Assembly: GCA_031273565.1 (NCBI GenBank)
Contig: JAISRR010000175.1
Coordinates: 10,651-74,650, forward strand
Direction of reading: 5' to 3'
Length of the DNA: 64,000 nucleotides
Source of the DNA: Zoogloeaceae bacterium
Lineage (GTDB): Bacteria; Pseudomonadota; Gammaproteobacteria; Burkholderiales; Rhodocyclaceae
The first letter of the stretch is position 1. Every line of letters starts with the position of its first letter. Under the pieces are notes generated by a model. The model was given only the letters and a program-made list of their open reading frames with translations, had not been told where the DNA came from and did no database searches. Shown piece after piece: positions 41,089 to 52,467 of this stretch. Both the position numbers and the translations under genes were made by a program.

Positions 41089-41115
41089 AAGCCAGCTTTT
41101 CTGAAGCTGGCTTTT
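41089..41115 (+). terminator. Terminator after tRNA
   Basis: AAGCCAGCTT-ttctg-AAGCTGGCTT followed by TT. Confidence 0.65.
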
Positions 41116-41230
41116 GCATTGTCCGTCACCCATACAAACAGTAACAAAATACCATGGGCAAGCAATATTCAATTTACAACTTTCAGGTTTAATGACGCTT
41201 GTAACATTTATCAACCACAGGAGTTTTGCA

Positions 41231-41701
41231 ATGAACAACATGCACAAAATCATCGTCGCTTTTCTGGCGACTTCCAGCATTGCTCTGGGGGTCAGCACCG
41301 TCAACGCGGAAGACCGGGATCACCGCAAAGGCGATTCACACGATGGCAAGGCGTGGCACAAAGATGCAAAAGAAGGCATCGCGGCGCGGCATGAACGTCT
41401 GCATAAAGCGTTGAAGCTGAGCGAAGCGCAGGAACCGGCCTGGAAAGCATTTATTGCCAATGCGTCCCCCGAAGGATGGGAACACCATCCTGACCCGAAG
41501 GAATTTGACAAACTGACCGCGCCGGAACGCATGGAGAAAATGCTGGAAAACACCCGGAAGCACCAGGAATTCATGAGCCAGCGCCTCGCCGACCTGAAAG
41601 TTTTTTACGCCCAGCTTTCACCCGAACAACAAAAAACCTTTGACGCGCAGCATCGTGGCGCAGACCCGCGCCGGCAAGGGAAAAAACGCCCGTCGCACTG
41701 A
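41231..41701 (+). CDS. Spy/CpxP (LTXXQ) family periplasmic protein
   Basis: Signal peptide; LKLSEAQ..AW, TAPERM and FYAQLSPEQQKTFD. Confidence 0.85.
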   Translation: MNNMHKIIVAFLATSSIALGVSTVNAEDRDHRKGDSHDGKAWHKDAKEGIAARHERLHKALKLSEAQEPAWKAFIANASPEGWEHHPDPKEFDKLTAPERMEKMLENTRKHQEFMSQRLADLKVFYAQLSPEQQKTFDAQHRGADPRRQGKKRPSH

Positions 41702-41707
41702 TTGAAC

Positions 41708-41734
41708 GCGCGTTCCCGCCTGCCGGGAGCGCGC
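41708..41734. terminator. Hairpin between convergent genes
   Basis: GCGCGTTCCCG-cctgc-CGGGAGCGCGC. Confidence 0.4.
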
Positions 41735-42900
41735 TATGGGCGCAGAATTTCACGCACCAATTCCACCCAGTAGGCAATGCCCACGGCCAGGACTTCATCG
41801 TTAAAATCGTAATTCGGATTGTGCAGGGTACAGCCGTCCTGACCGGGGCCGTTGCCAAGCCAGACATAGCAACCTGGCTTTTGTTGCAGCATGAAGGAAA
41901 AGTCTTCCGCTGTCATCGCGGGAGCGGCATCGGTCAGCACATTTTCGCCTCCCAGAACACGTTGTGCGACACGGCGGCAGGTTTCGGCTTCCGCTGCCGT
42001 GTTGATGGTCGGCGGATAAAGCCGATTAAAGCTCACCTTGATCTGCGCTCCGAAGCTGGCCGCCACCCCCTGACACAAGCGGCTGACGGCGGCTTCGACT
42101 GCCGCCTGAATTTCCGGCTTGAAGGTGCGGATGGTGCCGCGCAACACCACTTCGTCAGGCAGGATATTCCAGGCTGAACCGGCGTGAAACTGAGTCACGC
42201 TGACCACGGCGGCATCCAGCGGCGAAAGATTGCGCGCCGCCACGGTTTGCAGGGCGGTGACCAGATGGCTGGCCGTCACGATGGCATCGACGCCCTGTTG
42301 CGGCATGGCGGCATGGCTGCCCTGAGTGCTCACGGTGATTTCAAGGCGACAAGTGCTGGCCATGACCGGCCCGGCGTGAACCGCCATCACCCCCACGGAC
42401 AAGCCAGGCCAGTTGTGCAGGCCGTAGACGGATTCAACCGGGAAACGCTCGAACAGCCCTTCTTCAATCATCACTGCCGCGCCGCCTTCGGCCTCTTCAG
42501 CGGGCTGGAAGATAAACGCCACGCTGCCATCGAAATCGGGATACAGGGCCAGATACCGCGCCGCGCCCAGCAGCATGGCGGTATGCCCGTCATGCCCGCA
42601 GGCGTGCATGCGTCCAGCATGAGTGGAACGATGGGCAAAATCGTTCTGTTCATCCAGCGGCAGTGCATCCATGTCGGCGCGCAAGCCGATCATGCGATTG
42701 CCAGCGCCTGCGCGCAGCACCCCGACAACGCCGGTTTTCGCCAGACCACAATGAACTTCCAGTCCGTAAGCCTGCAATTCGCGGGTCACGATTCCGGCGG
42801 TACGGTTTTCATCGAAGGCAAGTTCCGGGTGCGCGTGGATGTCGCGGCGCAAGGCGGCAAGATCCGCGAGAAAAGGAAGGTCTGAAAATTTCATTGGCAT
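41734..42900 (-). CDS. M20 amidohydrolase (hippurate hydrolase-like)
   Basis: HAHPELAF, RADMDALP, HACGHDGH, FQPAEE and LHNP.YDFND. Confidence 0.92.
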   Translation of the reverse strand: MPMKFSDLPFLADLAALRRDIHAHPELAFDENRTAGIVTRELQAYGLEVHCGLAKTGVVGVLRAGAGNRMIGLRADMDALPLDEQNDFAHRSTHAGRMHACGHDGHTAMLLGAARYLALYPDFDGSVAFIFQPAEEAEGGAAVMIEEGLFERFPVESVYGLHNWPGLSVGVMAVHAGPVMASTCRLEITVSTQGSHAAMPQQGVDAIVTASHLVTALQTVAARNLSPLDAAVVSVTQFHAGSAWNILPDEVVLRGTIRTFKPEIQAAVEAAVSRLCQGVAASFGAQIKVSFNRLYPPTINTAAEAETCRRVAQRVLGGENVLTDAAPAMTAEDFSFMLQQKPGCYVWLGNGPGQDGCTLHNPNYDFNDEVLAVGIAYWVELVREILRP

Positions 42901-42986
42901 GGATCTCTGTCGTTCATTGATGGCTGAATTTTGTCACGGTGGGCGCGGCGCCTCAAGAAAGCGCCTTCTCCTGGCGGCAGAAACAC

Positions 42987-43011
42987 GAACGCCTCGCAAA
43001 GCGAGGCGTTC
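42987..43011 (-). terminator. Hairpin downstream of chpA
   Basis: GAACGCCTCGC-aaa-GCGAGGCGTTC; weak U-tract. Confidence 0.45.
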
Positions 43012-43037
43012 AGGATACAGCAGTTGCCGACCCGTTT

Positions 43038-46000
43038 TCAGACCTGCTCAGTATAGTCCGCCAACAGCCGCAGCAATTCCACTTCGTTATACGGCTTGCC
43101 CAAATACTGATTGGCGCCGATCTCCATCGCCAGATTGCGGTGCTTGTCCGCTGTCCGCGAGGTAATCATGATGACCGGAACTTTGTCCAGACGGTGGTCG
43201 GAACGGATGTTACGCACCAGATCAAAACCGTCCATGCGTGGCATTTCGATATCCGACAGAATCACGTCAGGCATCAGTTCAACCAACTGTTCCAGAGCGT
43301 CCACACCGTCTTTGGCAAGCTCAACCCGATAGCCTTCGCGCGCCAGCAGCTTGCTGGTGATCTTGCGCACGGTCAGCGAATCGTCGACCACCAGTACAAT
43401 CGGCTGGCGACGTACGACGGGGGTGTCGTCGAGCACAACCGGCGACGAGTCTTTCACCGAAGCGGCATCCTGCGCGGCGGCAACGGTAGCGCTCAAGGTC
43501 ATGCGATTGGCCAGCGCGACCGGGTTCAGGATCAACACGACCTTGCCGTCACCCAGCACCGTAGCGCCTGATATGCCGACCACACGCGCCATTTGCGGGC
43601 CGACATTCTTGACCACGATTTCCTGATTGCCGAACATTTCGTCGATCAGGACACCCACCCGCTGCGTACCGGAGCGCAACAGCATCACCCAGTACAAACG
43701 GCGCTGTCCCGTCTGGCTTTGCGTATCTCCCAACAGATGGGGCAGGTAATAGAACGGGTAATGTTTGCCCTGCCATACGGCTTCGCCCTTGTCGCGCATC
43801 TCGTTGATGATGCGTTCCGGCACATCCATGACTTGTTCGACCATGGCGGAAGGCACGGCTAACAGCTTGCCTCCGGCCTGAATCAGCACCACCTGAGTCA
43901 CGGCCAGGGTGAGCGGCAGATACAGGCGGAAGGTTGTGCCCTGACCTTGCCGGGTCAGGATTTCGATACGACCACCCAGGGCGGTGATTTCGGTTTTCAC
44001 CACGTCCATGCCGACGCCGCGCCCGGCAATCTGGGAAACGCTGGCGGCGGTGGTGAAGCCGGACGAGAAAATGAAGTCAATCAACTGCTGATCCGCCATG
44101 GCCTGTTCCGGCGCAATCAACCCGGCGCTTTCCGCCTTGGCGCGAATACGCTTGATGTCCAGACCGCTGCCATCGTCAGACAGGGAAACAATGATTTCAT
44201 TGCCTTCCTGAACCAGCGTCAGATTGATTTCGCCGATTTCCGGCTTGCCTGCGGCCAGACGCACATCGCGCGCTTCCAGACCATGCGCCACGGCATTACG
44301 CAACATGTGTTCCAGCGGGGAAAGGATTTTTTCCAGCACGGAACGATCCAGTTCCACCTGTCCACCGTGAATATCCAGCGTGGCGCGCTTGCCCAGTTCC
44401 TTGGCCGTCTGGCGCACCAGCCGGTAGAGCCGTTCGCTCTGGCTGGCGAACGGCACCATGCGCACGCTCATCAGCGATTGTTGCAGGCCACGGTTCAGGC
44501 GGGCCTGGGCGACAATGGCGGCATTGGCGTCATCCAGATTTTTCAGCAAATTCTGTTGCACCGTAGCGACGTCGTTTACCGACTCCGCCATCATCCGGGT
44601 CAATTCCTGAAAACGGGTGAAGCGATCGAGTTCCAGCGGGTCAAAATCGGCTTTGGCTTCCTGCCCGGTATTGGCCTGAATCTGGGTTTCCGCCTGAATT
44701 TCGATTTCCCGCAACTGGCGGCGCAGGCGGATGACGTTTTCGGTCAGGTAGAGGAGCGAAGCCTTGACTTCGCGCATTTCCCCTTCAATCCGGGCGCGCG
44801 CGATGGAAAGCTCGCCCGCCTCATTGACCAGGGTGTCGATCAGGTCGGCGCGCACGCGCAACTGGGCGTGTGCGACCTCGCCTTCATGTGCGCGCGGAGT
44901 AGCGGTAGCGGGTGCGGCGCGCGCTGGAGCGTCAGGCGCGGTCGCAACGGCAGCGGGCGTCAGATCAGTCGACGGTTTTGTGTCGTCCGCAACCGTGTCA
45001 GGTGACGGGATTTTCAGCTCACCCTTGCGGTAATGCTCCACGCTTTGCGCCAAGGTGTCGCAGGCGGAAGCGATTTCATCCAGGTCTTCGTCCCGGATTT
45101 CCCCGCTTTTGGTGAGTTCGTCAACCCGACTTTCGCAGGCGTGCGCCAATTCTCCCAGGTTCATCGCGCCCGCCATGCGCGCGCTGCCCTTGAATGTATG
45201 CAACAGGCGCGCCAGCGCGCGCGATGCATCGGGATTCATTCTATCTTTCCGCCAGGCGGTGATCTGGGCCGCAAAACCACCGATCAGTTCTTCCGCTTCC
45301 TCCAGAAAAATGGGAAACAGTTGTTCGTCGAGTTCGTCTTGTAACAGCGGCAGCGCTTCAGCCTCTTTCGCGTCAGCATCGACGATCAACTCGTCTGGCA
45401 TTTCGACAGGCGTTAGCGGCACGGGGTGCGAGATGACCGGCGGCTGGTCTGCGGGCAATTCATCCGAAACATGACGGATCGCGGCAGTCGGCAAGGCATC
45501 GGTTTTTTCGGATTCAACCGGCTTGACCGGTTCAACCGCTTCCGCCGCTTCAGCGGGGACGGCAGGGTCGCCCCCGGTCAACAGGATTTCCGGCTCGACC
45601 GGACTCGGCGTTGCTGGCGTCGCCTCCTGCGATGCTGCGGCAGGCGGAAGCGGGGTTGCGCTTTCCGGCAGTATGGGAATGCTGTAATCCCCGACACTAT
45701 AACGTTCCACACTCTGCGCCAGCACGTCGCAAGCGGCTTCGATGTTGTCCAGATCGTCGTCGCCAATCTGTCCGCGCGCTTCCAGTTCGCGCACCCGGTC
45801 TTCAAGCTGGTGCGTCGCCCCACCCAGATTCAGGGCGCCCGCCATGCGCGCGCTCCCCTTGAACGTATGCAGGATACGTGCGAGTGAATCCGGCGCTTCC
45901 TTGCTTTCCCGGTCACTGCGCCAGGCATTGACCTCATGGTAAAGCGCGGGCACCAGATCCTGGGTTTCTTCCAGGAAAATTTCCAGCAACTCCGCATCGG

Positions 46001-49000
46001 GATTATCTTCTTCCTGCGCGGACGGCGCTTCCGCTACCGGTGATGTTGTTGGCAACGACTCAGCGACGGGAGGAGGAACAACGACTTCCGCTTCAACAAC
46101 AGCGGGTACCGCAGGCGCGACCGGCGCTGCAGAGGCGGCGACCGGCGCGCTTTCTTTCGCGATTTTCTCATTCGGCGCAGACGGGTACAGTTGTGAGAGC
46201 GCGTCGATGAGCACAGGCTGGGCTTCCGGCATGCGGCCGGAAGCCAGAATTTCCTGCATGTCTTCCAGCATGACGACGGCTTGACGCAGGATTTCCTGCC
46301 CTTCCAGGGTCTCTGGATGCTCGGATTCATCGCGGCGCAACAGGGTCGCTTCGAGTTCGTGCGCGAGTTTGTTGACCGAGAGTATCCCCACCGTGCCAGC
46401 GATGCCCGCCAACGTATGCGCGGCACGACCCGCCTCATAAGGCGTTTCCATGCCGGGCGATTCGGTGAGCATGCTCAGGAAGTTTTGCAGGGTGTCGAGA
46501 TGCCCGCGCGATTCGTCGCGGAAAATTTCATAAAGCTGCGGCGAAATGGTCACGCTGTTACTGGTCGTGATGGACAGCGGTTCAGATTCGATTCCTGTCG
46601 AGGGAACAGCCGCTTCAGGCAGCGTGTCCAGATCGAGATCCATGTTCAATTCGGGCGACAAATTTTCCTGCGCTTTCGGCTGAGGGGCTGCCTCTATCGG
46701 ATCATTTTCATCCATCCCCAGCAAAGAGAGATCGAAACGGGACGTTCTCAACTCTTCGGGAATATCATCGTCGTCATCTACTACTATGCTGGAGCGTTCA
46801 GGTTCCGCTTCAGGTTCCGCTTCGGGTTCCACTTCAGGTTCAGGCTCGGATTCTGGTTCGGCAGCGGGTTGGGGCGTGGAGACAGGCGCAGCCGCGCTTT
46901 CATCGCCGCGCAAGGCTTCTGCCCTGGCAATCAGGGCAGTGCTGTCCGGCATCCGCGCGTTACCGGAGGAAAGTGCGTTCACCCAGGTACTGAACACCTG
47001 ATGGGTCTGATGAACCAGATCCAGCAAATCCGGCGTGGCCAGAGCTTCCTGACGCAACCAGAAATTCAGGGTCTGTTCCACAGCCCAGGCGGTTTCGCCC
47101 AGATCTTTCAGACCCACCATGCGACCACTGCCCTTCAGGGTATGCACCCCGCGCCGGATGGTGGTCAGGGTTTCGGTATCGTGCGGGTGCTGGCGCAACA
47201 GGGCGAGATTATCGCTCATGCTGGTCAGCACTTCCTGCGCTTCTTCCAGGAAAATGGCCAGCAGTTCGGCATCCAGTTCTTCGGCGCCGGCCTGAGCCAG
47301 TTGCAGGGTTTCGCTGGAAGGCGCGGGAGCAGGCGTCGCGGCAGGCTCCAGCGCTTCCGTCACCGCTGTGATCTGCGACGTTTCATTCTGATGTTTGCTC
47401 AAGGCGGCAAGCGCGGCCTTGACCTGCGCCTGCAATCCCTGGTCGGCGACCAGATCAGCGTCTTTCTGCAATTCCTCCAGATGCGCCATCAACCCGGCGC
47501 GCAAGGTTGCGTCTTCCGGATTTTCCTGGATTGCCGCCAGCAATTGCCGGGTTTCCGCTTTCAGCCGTTCCAACTGGCTTTCGACGCTGGCAGCCGGGGC
47601 TTCTTCCAGAATTTCTTCTTCCTCTTCCTCCTCGGGTTTTTTCGCCTGCGACTGGAAGTAACGCTCCATATAGTCGCGGAAATTCGACTTGCTGTTTTGC
47701 AGGGTGTCGATAAAAAGACTAAGGGCGGAAAGCTGCTGGGCGATGCTCTCGAAATCTTCCTGATTGGCAACGCTGTCGGGTTTGGTGAAGCCGAGAATCT
47801 TCTCTTCGCAATCGTTCAGCCAGATGACGGCGTCGTCCTGCCCCAGAATGGAAAGCGCCCCACCGACCTGATTCAACGGGCCTTCCAGACTGGCGGCATC
47901 CGGTCGTTTGGAGGGTTCGCGGAAATAGGCGTCCAGTATTTGCTCGATCTGCGCCAGATTATTCTGGATTTCCCGCGCGACCTGGGCCATGAGCATTTTT
48001 TCCTGGGCGCGACGGGACACTTCATCCAGCAACGGCGCTTCGGCGCCACTCAGGGAACGCCCTGCCACACAGGCTTTCAGACGCGCAATCATCAGCTGCG
48101 CGCGTTGTCCAAAATCGCTGCTGTCCAGGCGGTTGTAGTTTTCCAGCGCCCCCTGAACCAGCAACAACGAGGTCGCTATTTCCATGGCGAGGCTGTCTGA
48201 ATGGCGGGTCGGATCTTGCGTCAACCAACTGGCGGCGGCGGCGAGTATACCCACCAGGGATTTCAGGTTCTCGTCCAGATCCTTCGTGAAGCGGGCGGCA
48301 TTACTCACCTGCTCGGCAAAGGTGGACAGCGAAGTCGCGCTGCCTGCACAAAAACGGTTCCATTGTTCTTCCGCCGTCACCACCGCTTCCTTCAGGCGGC
48401 GCAGCGCAGTTTCCTGTGCACTGCTGGCAGTCCTGATGAACGAACGGGACGGAACCAGTCCGGGCAGATGATAAGTGGATTGAATCTCGGCCAGCAACGG
48501 ATGGGCTTGCGCCGGCGTGTTGGCAACAAAATAAAGACAGTCGCGCAGCAAGCGTTCGGCAATGCCGGGATTGCCTTGCTGCAAACGCCGGATCTGCTGG
48601 TCGATGCGGGCGCAGAGGGAGCGGGCATCCCCCACCTTGCTGGCGCCGTGCGCCAACGCCGTAACCAGACCGAGCGCAGCCCACCAGAACGAACGCGACG
48701 CAGGCGAGGATTGAATTGCCTCGATACGCTGCAAGGCTTGTTGCATCTGCTCAAGCCCGGACTGACTGGCGGGACTGTCTCCCGGCTGCCGGAGCCATGC
48801 CAGCAAGCCTTTCTGGAAATGGTTACGTTCGCGCTGGATCAGCTTGTGGCGCTCTGCCTGACCCAATGGTGTCTTGATGACGCGCTTGGGCGGGCGCAGG
48901 TTGAGATTGGGGAAAAAAAGATCGACCGGATTCGCCGACTTACCCAGCATCCTGGTGATCTTCTGGTAGACGGGCAACAGGCGCAAGGGTTGATTGGGTT

Positions 49001-49346
49001 CGCCCGCCACCAGATCGTCCAGATATTGGCGCAAGGCGTCGAAACCTTCGCCCGCCATGGCGACGATCTGATCCGGCGTCCCCGTTACGCCCGTTTTATT
49101 TTCCAGCGCCGCCAGCAACAGATTCAGCGCATCAACGACCTGGGTCACGCCGTCCAGCCCGACCATGGTCAAAGCGCCGTGCACCTGCTGTAAATGCGTG
49201 CGGGCAAATTTGATCTGCGTCGTTTCCTTCTGCGTCTGGAATTGCTGAAGCGCTTCCGCAGCCCTAGCCAGAGCCAGTTCAACTTCCCCTTTGATCCAGG
49301 TCAGGGGGCCAATGTCAAAATCCGCAAAATCCGTGGCTGCATTCAT
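43038..49346 (-). CDS. chpA: Pil-Chp chemosensory kinase ChpA (multi-Hpt CheA-REC)
   Basis: Four His-bearing Hpt motifs, HMLRNAVAHG, GRGVGMDVV, CheW domain and C-terminal REC. Confidence 0.93.
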   Translation of the reverse strand: MNAATDFADFDIGPLTWIKGEVELALARAAEALQQFQTQKETTQIKFARTHLQQVHGALTMVGLDGVTQVVDALNLLLAALENKTGVTGTPDQIVAMAGEGFDALRQYLDDLVAGEPNQPLRLLPVYQKITRMLGKSANPVDLFFPNLNLRPPKRVIKTPLGQAERHKLIQRERNHFQKGLLAWLRQPGDSPASQSGLEQMQQALQRIEAIQSSPASRSFWWAALGLVTALAHGASKVGDARSLCARIDQQIRRLQQGNPGIAERLLRDCLYFVANTPAQAHPLLAEIQSTYHLPGLVPSRSFIRTASSAQETALRRLKEAVVTAEEQWNRFCAGSATSLSTFAEQVSNAARFTKDLDENLKSLVGILAAAASWLTQDPTRHSDSLAMEIATSLLLVQGALENYNRLDSSDFGQRAQLMIARLKACVAGRSLSGAEAPLLDEVSRRAQEKMLMAQVAREIQNNLAQIEQILDAYFREPSKRPDAASLEGPLNQVGGALSILGQDDAVIWLNDCEEKILGFTKPDSVANQEDFESIAQQLSALSLFIDTLQNSKSNFRDYMERYFQSQAKKPEEEEEEEILEEAPAASVESQLERLKAETRQLLAAIQENPEDATLRAGLMAHLEELQKDADLVADQGLQAQVKAALAALSKHQNETSQITAVTEALEPAATPAPAPSSETLQLAQAGAEELDAELLAIFLEEAQEVLTSMSDNLALLRQHPHDTETLTTIRRGVHTLKGSGRMVGLKDLGETAWAVEQTLNFWLRQEALATPDLLDLVHQTHQVFSTWVNALSSGNARMPDSTALIARAEALRGDESAAAPVSTPQPAAEPESEPEPEVEPEAEPEAEPERSSIVVDDDDDIPEELRTSRFDLSLLGMDENDPIEAAPQPKAQENLSPELNMDLDLDTLPEAAVPSTGIESEPLSITTSNSVTISPQLYEIFRDESRGHLDTLQNFLSMLTESPGMETPYEAGRAAHTLAGIAGTVGILSVNKLAHELEATLLRRDESEHPETLEGQEILRQAVVMLEDMQEILASGRMPEAQPVLIDALSQLYPSAPNEKIAKESAPVAASAAPVAPAVPAVVEAEVVVPPPVAESLPTTSPVAEAPSAQEEDNPDAELLEIFLEETQDLVPALYHEVNAWRSDRESKEAPDSLARILHTFKGSARMAGALNLGGATHQLEDRVRELEARGQIGDDDLDNIEAACDVLAQSVERYSVGDYSIPILPESATPLPPAAASQEATPATPSPVEPEILLTGGDPAVPAEAAEAVEPVKPVESEKTDALPTAAIRHVSDELPADQPPVISHPVPLTPVEMPDELIVDADAKEAEALPLLQDELDEQLFPIFLEEAEELIGGFAAQITAWRKDRMNPDASRALARLLHTFKGSARMAGAMNLGELAHACESRVDELTKSGEIRDEDLDEIASACDTLAQSVEHYRKGELKIPSPDTVADDTKPSTDLTPAAVATAPDAPARAAPATATPRAHEGEVAHAQLRVRADLIDTLVNEAGELSIARARIEGEMREVKASLLYLTENVIRLRRQLREIEIQAETQIQANTGQEAKADFDPLELDRFTRFQELTRMMAESVNDVATVQQNLLKNLDDANAAIVAQARLNRGLQQSLMSVRMVPFASQSERLYRLVRQTAKELGKRATLDIHGGQVELDRSVLEKILSPLEHMLRNAVAHGLEARDVRLAAGKPEIGEINLTLVQEGNEIIVSLSDDGSGLDIKRIRAKAESAGLIAPEQAMADQQLIDFIFSSGFTTAASVSQIAGRGVGMDVVKTEITALGGRIEILTRQGQGTTFRLYLPLTLAVTQVVLIQAGGKLLAVPSAMVEQVMDVPERIINEMRDKGEAVWQGKHYPFYYLPHLLGDTQSQTGQRRLYWVMLLRSGTQRVGVLIDEMFGNQEIVVKNVGPQMARVVGISGATVLGDGKVVLILNPVALANRMTLSATVAAAQDAASVKDSSPVVLDDTPVVRRQPIVLVVDDSLTVRKITSKLLAREGYRVELAKDGVDALEQLVELMPDVILSDIEMPRMDGFDLVRNIRSDHRLDKVPVIMITSRTADKHRNLAMEIGANQYLGKPYNEVELLRLLADYTEQV

Positions 49347-49360
49347 GGGCTTGTATTTTC

Positions 49361-51535
49361 TCAGCTAACCTTGAAACCAGCGACCGAGCCCTTCAATTCG
49401 GAAGCCAGAGCGGTAAGTTCATCCACTGCTTCGGCAGTACGGTTGGTACTGACCGTCGTTTGCCGGGTGATGCGCAAGATGTCCTGCATCAGTCCGGCAA
49501 CCTGGGTCGCCGACCGGGATTGCTTCTGTGTTGAGGACGAGATGTTTTCAATCAGGGCGGCCAGATCGCGCGACACCTGACCGATCTCGGACAACGCCTG
49601 ACCCGCGGCATCGGAACGCTTGGCGCCCTCGACCACGCCCTGGGTGGATTGTTCCATGGCGGAAACAGCGTCCTGGGTATCGGTCTGAATGGTCTTCACC
49701 AGCGCGGAAATCTGCTTGGTCGCCTCGCCGGAACGTTCCGCCAATCGCTGCACTTCTTCTGCAACCACCGTGAAGCCACGTCCGGCTTCACCGGCGGAGG
49801 CCGCCTGAATGGCTGCGTTCAGGGCCAGCACGTTGGTCTGTTCGGTAATGTCGGAGATCAGTTCCACGATTTCGCCAATTTCCTGCGAGGATTCACCCAG
49901 ACGCTTGATGCGCTTGGAGGTCTCCTGGATTTGTTCGCGAATTTCGTTCATGCCGCGAATGGAATCCTGCACGGCGGTCATCCCCTTGTCGGCTGCCGCC
50001 AGAGAAGCGCGGGCAACCTGCGCCGACTGACTGGCATGCCCGGAAACGGCATTCATGGATTGCGCCATCTGCAAGGCCGATTTGCCCGCCGTACCGATTT
50101 CTTCGCTTTGCTTTTCAGCGGCGGCGAGCAATTCGTTTGTGGTGGTGCGGGCAATTTCCGTCGCCTGGGTCACGCGGGTGGCGGCGTCGTTGATGCGACC
50201 CACCAGCACGCGCAATTCTTCAATGGTGTAGTTGATCGAATCAGCGATCGCGCCGGTAATGTCTTCCGACACGGAAGCGGTCACGGTCAGGTCGCCATCC
50301 GCCAGATCGCCCAGTTCGTTCATCAGGCGCAGGATGGCCTCCTGATTCTGGCGATTGGTGGATTCCGAGGCCTGTTTCTGACCTTCGGCTTCTTCGGTGC
50401 GACTACGGGCGTCGTCGAGGTATATCTTGGCCAGCCGCACCAGAATGCCGATGAACAAAAGACTGAGCAGCAGGGTGCCGATAAGGAACCAGATGCGGGA
50501 TGATTGCATCGCTTGATAAGCCGCCGCCAGTTCATCGGCTTCCTTCAGCAGATCGTCGCTCTCGATGAAAATCCTGGCACCGGACTCCTTGGCCTGTTTC
50601 AGCGGATTCAGGTCGGCGAGAATGCTGCCGCTCTGATCCGGATTACCGACAGCTTGTTGATAATCCGCAAACACATCGGCGATCTCGGCAAGCTTGCTGC
50701 GGGCATCATTCGAATTGCTGCCCTGCCCCAGACTGTCGATCAGGCTCTGAAATTCGTTGACATCCTTGCTCAGGGTGAACATCACGACGGGATTGATGGA
50801 TTCACTGCCCAGCAGCGCGTTGGCATTCTTGGAAATGCGCTGGGTCAGCATCACCAACCGGCCGGTGTCGCCGATTTCTCCTCTGGAAGCGCCATCCCGC
50901 AGCTTGAGTGCCGCCAGTTGCTCGGTCAACTCCAGCAACTCGGCATTACGCCCGTCAATAACAGCCACGTTCTTGCCCAGATTGACCAGATTGTCTTTCT
51001 GCTCGATCACGGTCTTGGCTGCCTGCGCCAGGCCCACAGGTCTGGATCTGCTGCCTTGCCAACGCTGTTGCAGGGCATCCAGCTGATCGCGCGCACTGCC
51101 CGGAGAAGCCGGCACGCTGACGCCGTGGATACTCCCCCCTTGCTGGAGTCGTTCAAGCAACCGGGAGAAGTTGTCTTGCGCGACCTTCAGTTGATCGAAC
51201 GCAGTGGCGTCGCCTTGCAGGGCAAGGGAAGAACTTTTCGCCAGACGCTGTGAAAGCATCCGCATATCCCCGGCTGCGGCAACATAAGCCGTACTCTGGG
51301 AATATTGCACGTTGTCATACACCACCAGAGCCACAATGCTGAACAGCAGCGCCACCAGCACGATAACCCAGAACTGGATGCGATCCTTGAGGCTTTTCTC
51401 CTCGCTTTTGCCGGATTTACCCTTACCCCCCTTTTTACGGGGGCGTCCAGGCGCCGGATAATCCGGCGCAATCGTCAATTCGCTATCGAGAGAAAGGGGG
51501 GGTTTCCGTTTACCAAAGTTCAGCTTGAAAGCCAT
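49361..51535 (-). CDS. pilJ: Twitching-motility chemoreceptor PilJ
   Basis: [10 protein letters not shown] PilJ N-domain; MCP core [23 protein letters not shown]. Confidence 0.93.
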   Translation of the reverse strand: MAFKLNFGKRKPPLSLDSELTIAPDYPAPGRPRKKGGKGKSGKSEEKSLKDRIQFWVIVLVALLFSIVALVVYDNVQYSQSTAYVAAAGDMRMLSQRLAKSSSLALQGDATAFDQLKVAQDNFSRLLERLQQGGSIHGVSVPASPGSARDQLDALQQRWQGSRSRPVGLAQAAKTVIEQKDNLVNLGKNVAVIDGRNAELLELTEQLAALKLRDGASRGEIGDTGRLVMLTQRISKNANALLGSESINPVVMFTLSKDVNEFQSLIDSLGQGSNSNDARSKLAEIADVFADYQQAVGNPDQSGSILADLNPLKQAKESGARIFIESDDLLKEADELAAAYQAMQSSRIWFLIGTLLLSLLFIGILVRLAKIYLDDARSRTEEAEGQKQASESTNRQNQEAILRLMNELGDLADGDLTVTASVSEDITGAIADSINYTIEELRVLVGRINDAATRVTQATEIARTTTNELLAAAEKQSEEIGTAGKSALQMAQSMNAVSGHASQSAQVARASLAAADKGMTAVQDSIRGMNEIREQIQETSKRIKRLGESSQEIGEIVELISDITEQTNVLALNAAIQAASAGEAGRGFTVVAEEVQRLAERSGEATKQISALVKTIQTDTQDAVSAMEQSTQGVVEGAKRSDAAGQALSEIGQVSRDLAALIENISSSTQKQSRSATQVAGLMQDILRITRQTTVSTNRTAEAVDELTALASELKGSVAGFKVS

Positions 51536-51549
51536 ATTAATCTCCGCGG

Positions 51550-52065
51550 TCAGGCCACGATGTTCATAAATTTAGGGTCCGCAAGCAGGGCTTGCAGATC
51601 AAGGCGTTGCCACTTGCGGCCTTCCTTGTCGGTCAGGGTCGCCACATTCCAGGCCGGAGCCTGTTCAGGCGCGGGACCAATTTCAAAGTCGACCGGGTTC
51701 TTCAATCCCAGAAGGCGGGACACCAGCAAGGCCGCATTGCTGCCATGCCTGGCGCCCACCAGCAACAGGCGCACGCCTGGCGCTTGCAGGGAAGTTGCGT
51801 CTTCTCCCAGAAAAGCCGGGAAATCGGTGACGGAGTACAGGTTACCCCGGATGTTGGCCAGCCCGATAAAGGCCGTGGTGGTAAGCGGCACCTGCGTCAG
51901 CGGCGGCAGGGACACGATTTCTCCCGACGCGGACAAATCCAGCAACCATAAGCTTTTGCCGGCCTGTACCCCCAGCAGGGATGCGGCGCTCTCGCCCTGG
52001 GCCGCGCCAGACAAACGGCGGGAGAGATGCTCCTGAAATTCGCGCAGGCTGATACGTCGTGACAT
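51550..52065 (-). CDS. pilI: CheW-like PilI
   Basis: [14 protein letters not shown]; position between pilH and pilJ. Confidence 0.88.
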   Translation of the reverse strand: MSRRISLREFQEHLSRRLSGAAQGESAASLLGVQAGKSLWLLDLSASGEIVSLPPLTQVPLTTTAFIGLANIRGNLYSVTDFPAFLGEDATSLQAPGVRLLLVGARHGSNAALLVSRLLGLKNPVDFEIGPAPEQAPAWNVATLTDKEGRKWQRLDLQALLADPKFMNIVA

Positions 52066-52075
52066 AGGTAATCGC

Positions 52076-52441
52076 TCAGGGTAAGGCCGCTATTTTTTGC
52101 AACAATTCTGCATGGTTGACCGGCTTGATCAGATAATCAATCGCGCCCTGACGCAAGCCCCATATTTTGTCGGTTTCCTGACTCTTGGACGTGCAGACGA
52201 TCACCGGAATATTTTTCGTGGCCTCATCCCGCGCCAGCTTGCGGGTCGCCTGATAACCATTGGTGCCCGGCATGATGACATCCATCAGCACCAGATCGGG
52301 CCGTTCCGCCTTGGCCTTGGCGATGCCTTCCTCGCCGTTTTCGGCAGTGATGACCTGATAGCCATGCTTGGTCAACAGTTCTGTAGCGACGTAGCGCTCT
52401 GTGGGCGAATCGTCGACAACAAGGATTTTTTTAATGGGCAT
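52076..52441 (-). CDS. pilH: Response regulator PilH
   Basis: VDDSPTE, DVIMPGTNGYQATR and DKIWGLRQGA. Confidence 0.93.
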   Translation of the reverse strand: MPIKKILVVDDSPTERYVATELLTKHGYQVITAENGEEGIAKAKAERPDLVLMDVIMPGTNGYQATRKLARDEATKNIPVIVCTSKSQETDKIWGLRQGAIDYLIKPVNHAELLQKIAALP

Positions 52442-52467
52442 GTTACAAGCTCTCCTGAAAGTTCTCT

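Noticed and set aside
41004-41701. tRNA-Gly as the attachment site of a genomic island
   Set aside because: No integrase follows and I saw no duplicated tRNA 3' end; the downstream genes are ordinary.
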